Of a stretch of 64,000 nt of DNA, positions 27,946 to 42,337 are shown piece by piece; the first letter of the stretch is position 1, and each line of letters begins with the position of its first letter. The notes under the pieces are model-generated. The model had not been told where the DNA came from. It made no database searches and saw only the letters and a program-made list of their open reading frames with translations. The position numbers were made by a program, and so were the translations under genes. The DNA comes from Octopus sinensis. Lineage: Eukaryota. The stretch covers positions 65,286,001 through 65,350,000 of the forward strand of contig NC_043002.1 in assembly GCF_006345805.1 (NCBI RefSeq), in the 5' to 3' direction.

Positions 27946-29355
27946 ATGGAAAACAGGCCAGTGCAAGCGGGCAGTTTTGCTGCAGTGACTGGCAAAAGCT
28001 TGTCAACGGAGCTACTGCATGTCCGTGAAAAAGATGTTAAAGACAATAATTTCAAGAAGTATAAAGACTTGTTGAAAAAAGAGAGGGGGTCGTCTTAGGC
28101 TGACGCTTCACAAGGAAGTCAGTGAGAATACCGAGAAAAGAGCTATTATCTACAGAACGTTAAACATAGCAACGACGAAAGTAGAAATAGTAGCGGTGGA
28201 AGCAGTTGAGGAGTGTTTAAGAGAGGTGAAGGACTTTACCACGTTCTACACCAGAGGACGGAAATTCGGCACGGTGGACGTGCGCTTTGTAAACGAAAAT
28301 AAAGCAAAGAAATACTCTACTGTGGCTTTCAGATCGGCTGAGTGGGCACTACTACTTACTTACTGTGGCAAACGTACGGTCAGGATAAGGATAGGTAGAG
28401 TGTCCCCTGAAATTAACGAGATATGGCTGTTGGCAGCCATCCTCTACCATACACAGGAAGATGCACACATTTTTAAAATGTCCAAACTATGGAGGTGAAC
28501 TGTTGGGGATATGAGCTAGAGATAGCAGTCAGTCCATATAAGCCTGCCATACCTCCATAAGATTGTGGAAGAGCTTTTTTGCCAGATGTGACTAGATTGA
28601 GGATTGTTGTAGAGGGTAGCCCACCAATATGATTTTTGCGTGGAGTAAGGGGATACATGGAGGCCAAGTGACCCCAGAAACACGAGGAGGAAATAACAGA
28701 AGAGAGTCCAGCCGCAGAGGAGGAGAATATGGAGGAGCAATTTACAGTGGCGAAAAGAAAAAAGAACTTAGAATCACCACCAAAAAGCCCCAAGGAGAAA
28801 AAAAGAAAGACAAACGAAGTGGAGAACAAGAGAGAAAAGATTTAAAAAATGGAAAACCAAATGAAAAATCAACTGAAGTGCGACCACTCGAACCGTCGCT
28901 TTGAGCTAGCAAGGAAGAAAGAGTACGAAATAAGGAAGGAAACTAAAGAGATAGCGAAGTAGAGACAGAGATATTTATGATGGACGAAGAGCTGTTGAAG
29001 GATATCAAGAGACCGATGCTTACAGGGAGAAACTTAAGAAGCCTCATAGTATATTTAAAAACGGCATCGAAATTGAAAAGAGAGTGACAAATATTAGAAA
29101 TATTATCAGAGTGAAAATGGCAAACCATGAAGGTAAGAAGGGCGTGCTGTTAGAGAGAGAAAGAGGGGAGAGGTTAGTAGACTATTTGGAAAAAAAAAAA
29201 AAGAGTTGAAATAACATCACTTCAGAACAGATACGACGAGCTGCCGCCTGTTGTAATTTTTGATGATATAGCACAGTATTTGTAATTTTGAGTTAAAGAA
29301 AAATATACAAGACTGTAAAGTAAAACTGTAATTTAAAAAGCAGTAAAATAAAAAT
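27946..29355 (+). pseudogene. Decayed L1/Tx1-type ORF1 (gag-like) with no ORF2
   Basis: GSFAAV N-terminal motif, RRM-like stretch, RIVVEGSPPI*FLRGVRGYMEAK*P (degenerate CX2CX4HX4C), K/E-rich tail, AATAAA near 29347. Confidence 0.65.
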
Positions 29356-29459
29356 ACTTGCTTTGGGGGCAAGTAAGCCATTTCATCCTCATTTTCATTG
29401 TATTCATAATTCATCCGATATATATTTATATGTACTCCATTGTCTTGTTTTGTCTATCC

Positions 29460-30245
29460 TGGTTGTGTCAAAAAAGCTCGACAAATCGGTACCACATGAT
29501 TTGAATGAAAATCAAAAAAATGTGCAGATACGAAATTTGTTCGTCGCTTCTTCTCCGTAACCAGACCGATCCAGTTCTCGACCGTATTGTAATTTGCAAT
29601 GAAAAGTGGACTCTGTACGATAATAAAAGTCTTCTTCGTTATGGTCGGACCAAAGTGAAGCACCGAAAACCTTCGCTAAATCCGAGCTCTTCAAACAGAA
29701 GGTTATGGTGAGTGTTTGGTGGTGTACTACTGGATTAATCCACTATAATTTCCTAAAACTCGGAAAAACCATTTGTACAGAAATATATTGCCATGAAATT
29801 GCCAAAACGAATGTAAAACTGCTAATCCTCCGTCCCAGACTGGTCAACAGAATAGAGCCGATCATTCTTCATGATAAAGCTCGGCCACACGCTTCACTAA
29901 TGACGCTCCAGAAGTTTAGGGAATTTGGCTATGCAGTTCTTCCCCACCCAGCTAATTCCTCAGGCCTTTCTTCTACTGACTACCACATTTTCAATCACGT
30001 TTATGGTTTCCTGCAATAGAAGGAGCTCAAAAATGAAACCGATGCTGAAAGTGCGTTCAAAGAGTTCATCACCTCCAGAACTCCAGATATTTATGTTACT
30101 GGAATAAACAAACTTGTAACTCCTTAGCAAAAATGTGTTGATTGTAATGGTACTAGGTTTGAAGAATAAAATTTCCGAATTGTTGAAATATATTGCGATG
30201 AAATTCATGTTTCAAAACGTTACTTACTTTTTACTCATCCTGATA
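29460..30245 (+). mobile_element. Mariner (DD34D) transposase remnant with right TIR
   Basis: SVPHDL, LDRIVICNEKW, ILHDKARPH, LPHPANSSGLSSTDYHIF; end ..TTACTTTTTACTCATCCTGATA. Confidence 0.9.
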
Positions 30246-30759
30246 TATCACTGGTCAAATGTCAAACGCGCGGGCACAGTTGTGCTAGCTTGTAGTCTCA
30301 TATACATGAATGCACATCGATGTATAATTGTCTAGCCCCCACTCCTCCGAAATTGCTGGCCTTGTGTTAGCATCGTTAGCATTATAGTTAACACGTTTAG
30401 CAGCACCGTTCCGGCTTACGTTCAAAGTTGAAATTCGCCGAGATGGACTTTGTTTATTACCCTACTGCGTCAATGAAATATATTACCACTCATTTACCAG
30501 AGAGTGGATTTAATCGATTGGCCTGGTACCATAATTCTGACTTCAAATACCACCGAATAATCAAATACTCACTTTTGCAAAGCGGCTGCAGTGGAAGCAC
30601 ATGTTGGTCATTATAGGATGTTGTATAAAACTTTTTAAATGAATTTTCTACATGTGCAAGTCTCCATACTCTTTATTCTTATTAATATTAATATATAACT
30701 CCAGACAATTTTTACCAACCAGCGAAGAGTATACGGATTTACCCATCGGAAAAATTCAC

Positions 30760-30894
30760 AGAGCGACTAACAACTAAATGTAGTCACAGGTGTTAGAAAA
30801 TGATTGTCGTAGTTAGTTGTTAACTGTAACTTAACTGAGAGCTAATACAGTATTCGCCCGGATAAAATATCCCTCCCAACTAACTTATATGTGT

Positions 30895-30946
<52 letters not shown>

Positions 30947-31081
30947 GTATGTATATGTATGTATGTATGCATATGTATGTATCTCTGTATATATATGTAT
31001 GTATGTATGTATATGTATGTATATATATATGTATGTATGTATGTATGTATATATATATGTATGTATATATATATATGTATG

Positions 31082-31121
<40 letters not shown>

Positions 31122-31428
31122 TGTATGTATGTATATATACATATGTATGTATATATATATATATGCATGTATGTATATATATATATATATGCATGTATGT
31201 ATATATATATGTATGTATATATATATGTATATATATGTATGTATATATATATGTATGTATGTATGTATATATATATGTATGTATGTATGTATAAGAGCGA
31301 CTAACAACTAAATGTAGTCACAGGTGTTAGAAAATGATTGTCGTAGTTAGTTGTTAACTGTAACTTAACTGAGAGCTAATACAGTATTCGCCCGGATAAA
31401 ATATCCCTCCCAACTAACTTATATGTGT

Positions 31429-31479
<51 letters not shown>

Positions 31480-31877
31480 CGCAGGAGTGGCTGTGTGGTA
31501 AGTAGCTTGCTAACCAACCACATGGTTCTGGGTTCAGTCTCACTGCGTGGCATCTTGGGCAAGTGTCTTCTGCTACAGCCCCGGGCCGACCAATGCCTTG
31601 TGAGTGGATTTGGTAGACGGAAACTGAAAGAAGCCCGTCGTATATATGTATATGTGTGTTTGTGTGTCTGTGTTTGTCCCCCCCAAATCGCTTGACAACC
31701 GATGCTGGTGTGTTTACGTCCCCGTCACTTAGCGGTTCGGCAAAAGAGACCGATAGAATAAGTACTGGGCTTACAAAGAATAAGTCCCGGGGTCGATTTG
31801 CTCGACTAAAGGCGGTGCTCCAGCATGGCCGCAGTCAAATGACTGAAACAAGTAAAAGAGTAAAAAAGAGTAAAGAG

Positions 31878-31909
<32 letters not shown>

Positions 31910-32019
31910 CATATGTATGTATCTATGTATATATATGTATGTATGTATGTATATGTATGTATATATATATATGTATGTATGTATGTATATATATATGTAT
32001 GTATATATATATATGTATG

Positions 32020-32059
<40 letters not shown>

Positions 32060-32345
32060 TGTATGTATGTATATATACATATGTATATATATATATATGC
32101 ATGTATGTATATATATATATATGCATGTATGTATATATATATGTATGTATGTATATATATATGTATGTATGTATATATATATGTATATATATATGTATGT
32201 ATATATATATGTATGTATGTATGTATATATATATGTATGTATGTATGTATATATGTATGTATGTATATATATATGTATGTATGTATATATATATATATGT
32301 ATGTATATATATATGTATGTATATGTATATATATATATATATATA
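30760..32345. repeat. Local tandem duplication of ~135 bp unique sequence plus compound microsatellite; second copy carries a SINE
   Basis: AGAGCGACTAACAAC...CTAACTTATATGTGTG at ~30760 and ~31294. Confidence 0.9.
31478..31877 (+). mobile_element. SINE family A, full-length, apparently young
   Basis: tRNA-like head GGCGCAGGAGTGGCTGTGTGG, CTTGGGCAAGTG, tail (GTAAAAGA)n. Confidence 0.92.
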
Positions 32346-33112
32346 TCTTTATATATATATATATATTTCTGTGTATGTGTGTTTTGTTTGATGTATGTAC
32401 ATATGGTCTGTGTAGGTATATGTATATATATTAAAACACTATAACTCAATTTTTTTTCGATCGTTCACAACATAAGTATCAATGGAATATATCTTTATAA
32501 TTGCTGTCTGCGTATTAATGTAACACATTTATTCAATGATGGCTACTTAGCTCTTTCTTTTCTGTTTTTTAATTCTTTTCTTTTCCTGTTTATTTTTCTT
32601 TTCTTTTTTTTTTCTTTTCTCTCCTTTCCTGTTTCTTAAAAAAACGTGTTTCGCATTAAAATCATTCTAGAAAATATTTTACAGTTCTTTGCTTTAAGGA
32701 ATTTCATTTTTGAGTGTTGGGTCAATTATTTTCTCCCACTATATTATTTATATTAATAATCCTATTAAGCTTTTGTATATTGTCAAATCTCTTTATATTT
32801 TCTTTAATTTAATTTTAGGCTCTTTTGTAATTGGTAATCCGTTACAACACATTTTATATATTTGTCTAAAAATACGTCGACGACGTTCTCTAAATTCATT
32901 TGAAAATCTACAGATAGCTTTTGTCCTCACTCGAGCACATAAATGGTTAGCTATCGAGCATGTGTACGATTATAGGCCGAGCATACATTTGGCAAAATGT
33001 GTCGCAATAGTTCACAACCCGGTCTGATATACAGTAATCGCTCTATTATCACGGGTGTTACGTTCCTAAATTGATGAAAATCCACGAAGTAGAAACAGTA
33101 CTGTACTATACT

Positions 33113-33315
33113 CTCTTTTACTTGTTTCAGTCATTTGACTGCGGCCATGCTGGAACACAGCCTTTAGTCGGGCAAATCGACCCCGGGACTTATTCTTTGT
33201 AAGCCCAGTACTTATTCTATCGGTCCATTTTGCCGAACCGCTAAGTGACGGGGACGTAAACACACCAGCATCGGTTGTCAAGCAATGCTAGGGGGACAAA
33301 CACAGACACACAAAC

Positions 33316-33373
<58 letters not shown>

Positions 33374-33532
33374 CAGGCTTCTTTCAGTTTCCGTCTACCA
33401 AATCCACTCACAAGGCATTGGTCGGCCCGGGGCTATAGCAGAAGACACTTGCCCAAGATGCCACGCAGTGGGACTGAACCCGGACCATATGGTTGGTTAG
33501 CAAGCTACTTACCACACAGCCACTCCTGCGCC
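33113..33532 (-). mobile_element. SINE family A, full-length
   Basis: Reverse complement of 31478-31877. Confidence 0.92.
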
Positions 33533-33671
33533 TATATATATATATATATATTTTTTATTATTTTTATAATTTGTATAGATTTTATTATAGATGCAAAACA
33601 ACACCACAGAGGAATCGACGTAAGTTTAAATAATAAACAACGATAGGTGAACCACAATATGGATAGGGATT

Positions 33672-33990
33672 TATTTTTTATTTATGTGCCCTTTCCAAGC
33701 CTTGCCAGGCTCATGGGCTCGGTTTCCCGGTTTCTATGGCGTATGTGTTCCCCCCAGCTGGATTGGACGCCAATCCATCGCAGCGTTACTCAAGAAACAG
33801 GAAGAGGGAGGGAGAGAAAGTTGGAGCGAAAGAGTACAACAGGGGTCGTAACTACCCACTGCCGGTGCCTAGTGGAGATTTCAGCTGTTTTCGCTCAATA
33901 AACACACACAACGCTCGGTCTGGGAATCGAAACTGCGATCCTCCAACCGCGAGTCCGATGCCCTAACCACTGGCCCATTTCGCATCCACA
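33672..33990 (-). mobile_element. SINE family B
   Basis: Reverse complement of 46483-46795. Confidence 0.85.
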
Positions 33991-34719
33991 AGTAGAAACT
34001 ATGCAGTATATATATTTTTTAAATTATTTTTATAATTTATATATATTTTATCATAAATGCAGAACAACACCATAGAGGAGTCGACGTAAGTTTAAATAAT
34101 AAACCAAGATAGGTGAACCGCGATAGGTGAACCGCAATATAGCTAGGGTTTATTGTATTCAAAGTTGCATCTCAAGTTGTTTGCTTAGCCAGTTACTTTG
34201 ACCAAACATGTCGACGCTCAGTCGTTAGATGATAATGCGATCCTTAAATGATAACTTTAAGCTATCGTTGCCGTAACTGTGAAGATCTCCGCGTACAGAT
34301 AATTAAAATCGATTATCAATTGTTTTCCAATCATTTTGTTTTTCTGCACACAAGAACACACACTTTAATTCCTTGATTAATTGTCGTGGGCGTCTGTTAT
34401 GTGACATTTTTTCCGCTCTCTTGGCTACCACTCGGAAACAACACGAGTCGACCTATTGTTTGTGAACCTCGCAACATATCCAACTCGGAGGAATTCGTGT
34501 TTTCGGTATTCTGCAATGACATCGTTCAATCCGCTCCGTTCTCGAATAGGCTCATTTCAAATTTGTTACTTTTGAATACGTTTCCTTAGGGTACACAGTG
34601 AATACGCCAAAGATACGGATGCTGAAATCTTAAAGAGAATAAAAGCAATATAGAAGGCCTTTAACTATTGATCTTCAAAATAGCCTACATACCAGACTCT
34701 TCAATAACGTGTGTATATA

Positions 34720-35115
34720 TATGGTCACCCCATAAATAATGCGGTTCATTTATACTTCTTTTATTTTGCAGAATTAAGATAAACAAAGTTCTTTTTTAAT
34801 CTACAATACACTTTCCTTCATTTTCTACAATGCTCTTCCATCTATCTGGTAGACATGTAAGAAACCTCTTCCAAAATTCACTTGTCCGGTACTGCTCTGA
34901 CCCATTCTACAGAATTTTTTCCGGCCAGATGATTTTGAAAACTGCGGAATAAAGGAAAATCAGATAGGGCAATGTACGGCGAATATAGAAGATGGGGCAT
35001 CGTTTCCCGTTCAAACTGCACCAACCTGTGGAATGTCATCCTCGCTGTATGTAGCCGAGAATTATCCTGATGGAAGAACAGTTTTCGTCTTGAAAGCAAC
35101 GATGGTCGTTTTTCT
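34720..35115 (-). mobile_element. Mariner transposase 3' remnant
   Basis: FHQDNSRLH...HLLYSPYIALSDFPLF. Confidence 0.85.
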
Positions 35116-36705
35116 TCTATATATGTATGTAAGTGTATGTTAGTATATAATTATAATTATTTAAATTTCAATTCTAGAGTTCTTGGCAATGGATTTACAG
35201 TCACTTTCCAACATAATTTCAAAGGGTTCTTCATTGCAATTTCAACAACATCAACATTTAAGTTGTGCATGTATCTGTGAATCTGCGCAAGTATTTGCAG
35301 TCAGTGCACGTGCGGATATGTATGTTTGCTTTTATGCATGCATTCTCATACATACAATTGCATGTCTAAACGTATGCACCTCTACTTATATGCTAAACAT
35401 TTAAAAATTCTTAGATATTTTCACAGTTACACTGAAGACCTGAATCTGTAAAATAATAATATTTCTCCTTTCCTAGCTTTGAGTGCAACCAAAAATTACG
35501 TGCGTAAATCTGAAATTGTAGTCTGGTTGAGGAGCAGCACATTCTCAATAATCCAGGGAGGTCTTTGCTCTTTCACATATAGGTATGTATGCAAGCATGC
35601 ATGTATGTATGTATGTATGTATGTATGTATGTATGTATGTATGTATGTATTTATGTTTGCATGCATGTGTGTTCGTATACATGCATGTATGTATGTTTGC
35701 ATGAATGTATGTGCGTATACATGCGTGTATGTATGTCTGAATGTATTTATGTATACATGTATGCATACATGCATACATGTATGTACATATATATGGAATA
35801 CATACATGCATGTATGCACTTATTTACGTATGCATGCACGTGTGTATGTAAATATTTATGTATGTAAGTAATGTAAGTAGGCAGGTAGATAGGTAGGTAG
35901 GCAGGCAGGCAGGCAGGTATATAGGTAGGTAGGTAGGTAGGTAGGTAAGTAGGAAGGTAGGTAGGTAGGTAGGTAGGTAGGTCGGTAGGTACGTACGTAC
36001 GTACGTACGTACGTATGTACGTAGGTAGGTAGGTAATTGGTAGGTACGTACGTACGAACGTAGGCAGGTATGTAGATATATAAGTAGGTAGTTAGGTAGC
36101 GTCTTCAGTCGTTTTCGAAGAAATCCATCATGGAAAAGGAAATGGGCGATGAAAAGGAGACATGTTTTATGTACATGTATATTGGTGACTGACTAACCTG
36201 CCCCTTCAGCGTTGCACGCCTCGAAACCATGCCATCGGCGCCGGACGATCAAATTTAATATAAAAATTAAATAAGAACTATTTATTTGGGACTGTAAATC
36301 TGATAATTCTTCTCATTCTTATAACACATACAAGATCATCGCAACCATGTTTTTGATAGCAGCCTGAACATGATATGCACTGGGAATATTGAGTTACAGG
36401 TTCGGTATTGGTCCACGCAGCGAACTTAAAGCACGGATGAGGATGCTCAACATTCTATAAATCGCCAATACTCATTCCCACATCACACCCACAAGCATGC
36501 GCACGAACAATAACGCGCATACGCACAAGATTGTTTATCTTTATTTGTATGTGCATGGTACATTTTGTTCTGTATTTATGCGAATATGTATGTAAATGTA
36601 TGCATATACATCTTTGCAAACGTGAAACTATCTACATATGTATCTATATTATTTGTATATTTACATATGCACTTACACGCTACGTAGAGAGCTAGACAGC
36701 CGTAC

Positions 36706-36804
<99 letters not shown>

Positions 36805-37181
36805 CGTAATTCATAGAGTTATGTCCATATACTTCCATTCACCGTTTACAAACGTGGGTGAATCAATTTTCCAAAGAAATACATATAGACATTTCCCAAA
36901 GAAATGGTAACAGCCGTCTATTTGAGACATTTCGTAGCAAATTGATTCGGAAGACATACAAGGAAGTAGAAAGTGATAGAAGATTAGATGGATTTAAAGT
37001 GTTGATCTTCATTGAAAGGAAGAAATCAATCAAGCTTAAAAATGATCGATAATGTAAATGTGAGTTGCACAAAGAAAACGGCATAGCAAGATATCAGTTT
37101 GCTAAATCCCACATATATAAGAGGTAGATATAAACGCTGAAATGCTGTGCACCAATATAAGTAAATATGAGCATACGTGCA

Positions 37182-37224
<43 letters not shown>

Positions 37225-37376
37225 ATTATATATATATATGTATATATATATGTATGTATGTATTATGTATGGATATATGTATACATATATATACACCTTG
37301 ATATATATATATTTGTGAGTTTACGTGTGTCCCACTTGAATGCGTCTATATATCTATCTATATAATTATGATACTT

Positions 37377-37407
<31 letters not shown>

Positions 37408-37463
37408 TATATTTCTATATGTGTGTGTGTGCATATGTATGTATAAATGTGTATATATGTATG

Positions 37464-37500
<37 letters not shown>

Positions 37501-37600
37501 ATACATGTTTTAGTTAGTATGTTTGCACATATATTTTTATGTGCACGTATCTTACTGTCAATCTACCTATCTATCTCTATATATATATGTATATATATAT

Positions 37601-37667
<67 letters not shown>

Positions 37668-37732
37668 ATTATATATATATATAGATATATATATATATAG
37701 ATATATATATATATATATAATATAATATATAG

Positions 37733-37763
<31 letters not shown>

Positions 37764-38242
37764 ATATAGATATATATCATTTTATCTGTCAATCTGTCCA
37801 CCTATATGTCTATATAAGTAGGTTTAGATGTATTTTGGTACATTTGAATCCATTGGCAATTTCAGATTTTTCATGAATCTAATTAGACGCAATTGGCGTA
37901 ATAATATATATTTCTATATACACAACAAATAAAAACGGGGAAGGGAAAGGCTGCTGGCCAGCATCTCGTAAAGAATAGCACAACTCCATTTTGGCGTTGT
38001 TGCTTCTATCCACATTTCTAAGCTTCTATGCGCATTCTACATGCTAAATAACGAGTTTTGATTTATGGAGTCATCTGCATTGCAGCAGTTTCATCAAGTG
38101 AAACAAGAAATAAGGAAAGACGAGATAACGATTGATACAACCTCCCGTGTTCAATATCTAATTATTAATTACTCCACGGTTTCTTTTGTTTTTCTTTGTT
38201 CTTTCAACTGAAGCGAAAGAGACTCATAAATACATGTATATA

Positions 38243-38298
<56 letters not shown>

Positions 38299-38302
<4 letters not shown>

Positions 38303-38460
38303 GTAAACATAATATGTGACAATTATTCGGTAGTCATGATAAAACTCTGAGTTTTATCATGGCTACCGAATAATTATCACAATTACATTCACAGATAAAT
38401 TCCTCTATTTACATAATATAGAGGTCTCTTTCAGTCTTCTGCTGTCTTACCATTTTTATC

Positions 38461-38462
<2 letters not shown>
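38299..38462. mobile_element. Fold-back element (same family as 49860-50070), between (TA)n runs
   Basis: ATTATTCGGTAGTCATGATAAAACT c TGAGTTTTATCATGGCTACCGAATAAT hairpin plus shared tail. Confidence 0.7.
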
Positions 38463-38531
<69 letters not shown>

Positions 38532-38673
38532 AATATATATATATATAATATATATATACATATACATGTGTGTGCATATATATGTGTATATAAATATACA
38601 CATATATATATATCAGACAGACAGATAGATATACATATCATATTGAACCTTTAATCCCTAACCATTTTTGTCA

Positions 38674-38707
38674 TTTCTGTCGAAGAGCGTAGGCTTGAAA
38701 TGTCAAA
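38674..38707 (+). ncRNA. Minimal hammerhead motif, CUGUCGA core variant, degenerate
   Basis: UUU-CUGUCGA-A-GAGC guag GCUU-GAAA-UG-UC-AAA; same family as 4527. Confidence 0.5.
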
Positions 38708-38796
38708 GACTTTTCCATTTGTCCCGTGGATCAAATAATACACCTGCTTTTTGTTCGCTCACCTGTCTTTGTCTTATGTATTCTGGAAATCTGAAG

Positions 38797-38843
<47 letters not shown>

Positions 38844-39029
38844 GCGCCTGTGTGTGCCTGCATGTATGAGTTTATGTATGTATGTCATCCCTTACAGCTG
38901 TTTCAATTAATACTCTGTAAATATTAAGTAAGCATAAAATTTATATGACTTGGGCATAATATCTTCAGAGTTAAAAAATATATATACCCTTGGATGTTTT
39001 ACATGTGCTTATCGATTCATTATAGCAGA

Positions 39030-40360
39030 CTAATTTAACTCTGCTAATTTAGAGCAGTTTATGCATCGCATAAACAATAGTAAAATGCAACAAATTTTCA
39101 ATATTCCACCTACTGGATCTAGCAAACACACGCATCTAAATACTATCAAAGGAGATGCAAACTGTAATGAAAAACACCAATTACGGTCAAATTGTAATAA
39201 TAGAAATGCTTGTGATACAGCGAACACGCTAACTACGCCGGAAAATGGATTCGGAACTGCCTTATATACAAATAAATATGATAATTGCTCATTCAGAAAA
39301 AAATTATAATGCCTACTAATGAAACTCTGCATGAGTACAAATCTTGTATATAAATGAACCGTGCACACAAGGGGAGAGCCGTATGTTGACATTGTGAAGA
39401 CGGCTGATTCATTTAAGAATCGTTATCGTAACCATGTCACCAGCTTTAAGAGAATCAATAAGAGACGTTCAACATCTTTGGTCGATTTTGAATGGTGACT
39501 GAAGGAGGATAAAATTACATACAGCATAACCTGGTCCATAGTAAGGCACGCGAAACCATACAATATCTTTTCCAAAAGATGCCGTCTCTACACTGAGGAA
39601 CCCTTGTCTATTTGTTGACTTAAAGATATCTTTAATAGAATTTCTGAAAGACTCTCAAGATGTCTACACGCATATAAATGTACCATCGCACAATGCACTG
39701 GAGATGAATTTGAGTAACTGTTAACATAATTTACTTTAAGGTATGGATGAATTAAGCTTGGTCTTAACCTCCCCAGTCTATTAAACACCAAGTAACTATC
39801 TAACTCCATTTGTGAGTGCACCAAACCACACTTCTGCAAGTGCTTGGTGCCAAAGAAGACAAACAGACAGTTGCTAAAGTTCTGTATAACTTGTTTAAGT
39901 GTTCAATACCGTAATCACATTTTGTCCACATTAATGAATATGAACATGGTTACTCCTTAAACTGTTGCGAATGTACACGCGCCATGCAGCTTGTGTGAGG
40001 GCGTTTATACATCTATATTTGTTAACGATTATTTTTAATACTTTTCTCGCTGTATTGCGTGTTTGCTTATTTATTGCATCTGTGATTTTATTTTTGATCT
40101 TCTATATGAATGAAGATATTTCCTTCGTTTTTTTTTCCTTTGCTCTTCTATCTACATAATGAAAAGATACATTTCGGAACTGTTATTTTAACGAGTTGTA
40201 TCTATTTATTACCGAATGAGACCTATCTGCACTGCCGTATGCTCCTGAACCATTTGTTGAGTGTCCCACCCGTCAGATATCGGTGCTAGAGGCGTCGAAA
40301 CAGTTGTCGTGTTTAATTATAAATTCACGTATATTCCATCTTCCGTCTTTCATTTACCGT
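39030..40360 (+). mobile_element. Decayed Penelope-like (Neptune-type) GIY-YIG region plus pLTR with a decayed hammerhead (~40247-40314)
   Basis: NLVYK..SFKNRYRNHVTSF..RSTSL..W*LKE..ITWSIV..PY..KRCRL; downstream GAAA-CAGUUG-UC. Confidence 0.75.
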
Positions 40361-40396
40361 ATGTGTGTGTGTAATTATATATGCGTGTGTATTTAT

Positions 40397-40438
<42 letters not shown>

Positions 40439-40657
40439 ATCAATATAGGGTGGCAAAAGATTTTGTAGAATTTTTTGCCACCAGCGGCCTAGTGGGAAAA
40501 AATTAAATAGTCATAGACCATTTTTAAGTTCAACATCACAATCAAGGAACGGCCATAATAGGCCATTCACCCACTAGAAATAACAGCCAAAGCTTCAACC
40601 GCAAAATAACATCAATTCCGTAAACCAGGAGAAAATTAAAAAACATTTACCCTGTAT

Positions 40658-40760
40658 TTTCTTATACGATGCACCGTTTCATCTACTGTTAATGGTAAAC
40701 TAACCTGATTAAATTAAATCAAGCCAATCTTCCATAGGCCTTAGAATCATCAGTAAGAAA
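40658..40760 (-). ncRNA. Hammerhead ribozyme H2 copy 1
   Basis: Reverse complement of 42338-42444 with small indels. Confidence 0.8.
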
Positions 40761-41142
40761 TAGCCAAGTCGGAACAGATATTTTCACGAGGCATTTCCGT
40801 CCCTGCCTCGGCAATATCTGACCTAAAATTTTCAATCATCGCACTCGCGCCAAATTTATCGGCAGCAAATAAATATAAGCCGCCGATTCCATTACGGAAT
40901 TAACCAGAAAATTCATAATTAATCAATATAGGGTGGCAAAAAATTTTGTAGAATTTTTTTGCCACCAGCGGCCTAGTGGGAAAAAATTAAATAGTCATAG
41001 ACCATTTTTAAGTTCAACATCACAATCAAGGAACGGCCATAATAGGCCATTCACCCACTAGAAATAACAGCCAAAGCTTCAACCGCAAAAAATAACATCA
41101 ATTCCGTAAACCAGGAGAAAATTAAAAAACATTTACCCTGTA

Positions 41143-41249
41143 ATTTCTTATACGATGCACCGTTTCATCTACTGTTTAATGGTAAACTAACCTGATTAAA
41201 TTAAATCAAGCCAATCTCCCATAGGCCCTTAGAATCATCAGTAAGAAAT
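41143..41249 (-). ncRNA. Hammerhead ribozyme H2 copy 2
   Basis: Reverse complement of 42338-42444. Confidence 0.85.
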
Positions 41250-41629
41250 AGCCAAGTCGGAACAGATATTTTCACGAGGCATTTCCGTCCCTGCCTCGGC
41301 AATATCTGACCTAAAATTTTCAAATCATCGCACTCGCGCCAAATTTATCGGCAGCAAATAAATATAAGCCGCCGATTCCATTACGGAATTAACCAGAAAA
41401 TTCATAATTAATCAATATAGGGTGCCAAAAAATTTTGTAGAATTTTTTTGCCACCAGCGGCCTAGTGGGAAAAAATTAAGTAGTCATAGACCATTTTTAA
41501 TTTCAACATCACAATCAAGGAACGGCCATAATAGGCCATTCACCCACTAGAAATAACAGCCAAAGCTTCAACCGCAAAATAACATCAATTCCGTAAACCA
41601 GGAGAAAATTAAAAAACATTTACCCTGTA

Positions 41630-41736
41630 ATTTCTTATACGATGCACCGTTTCATCTACTGTTTAATGGTAAACTAACCTGATTAAATTAAATCAAGCCA
41701 ATCTTCCATAGGCCCTTAGAATCATCAGTAAGAAAT
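41630..41736 (-). ncRNA. Hammerhead ribozyme H2 copy 3
   Basis: Reverse complement of 42338-42444. Confidence 0.85.
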
Positions 41737-42337
41737 AGCCAAGTCGGAACAGATATTTTCACGAGGCATTTCCGTCCCTGCCTCGGCAATATCTGACCTA
41801 AAATTTTCAAATCATCGCACTCGCGCCAAATTTATCGGCAGCAAATAAATATAAGCCGCCGATTCCATTACGGAATTAACCAGAAAATTCATAATTAATC
41901 AATATAGGGTGCCAAAAAATTTTGTAGAATTTTTTTGCCACCAGCGGCCTAGTGGAAAAAATTAAATAGTCATAGACCATTTTTAAGTTCAACATCACAA
42001 TCAAGGAACGGCCATAATAGGCCATTCACCCACTAATAGGCCATAATAGGCCATTCACCCAGGCCGTTCCTTGATTGTGATGTTGAACTTAAAAATGGTC
42101 TATGACTATTTAATTTTTTCCCACTAGGCCTGGTGGCAAAAAAATTCTACAAAATTTTTTGCCACCCTATATTGATTAATTATGAATTTTCTGGTTAATT
42201 CCGTAATGGAATCGGCGGCTTATATTTATTTGCTGCCGATAAATTTGGCGCGAGTGCGATGATTTGAAAATTTTAGGTCAGATATTGCCGAGGCAGGGAC
42301 GGAAATGCCTCGTGAAAATATCTGTTCCGACTTGGCT

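Noticed and set aside
29460-30245. Domesticated SETMAR-like gene
   Set aside because: Frameshifts and stops, no SET domain, TIR retained
36195-36232. Possible minus-strand exon MVSRRATLKGQ followed by GTTAGT donor
   Set aside because: Too short; no acceptor, partner exons or recognisable homology
40438-42060. CRISPR array or ordinary satellite
   Set aside because: No unique spacers, eukaryotic context; HHR and inversion point to a retroelement
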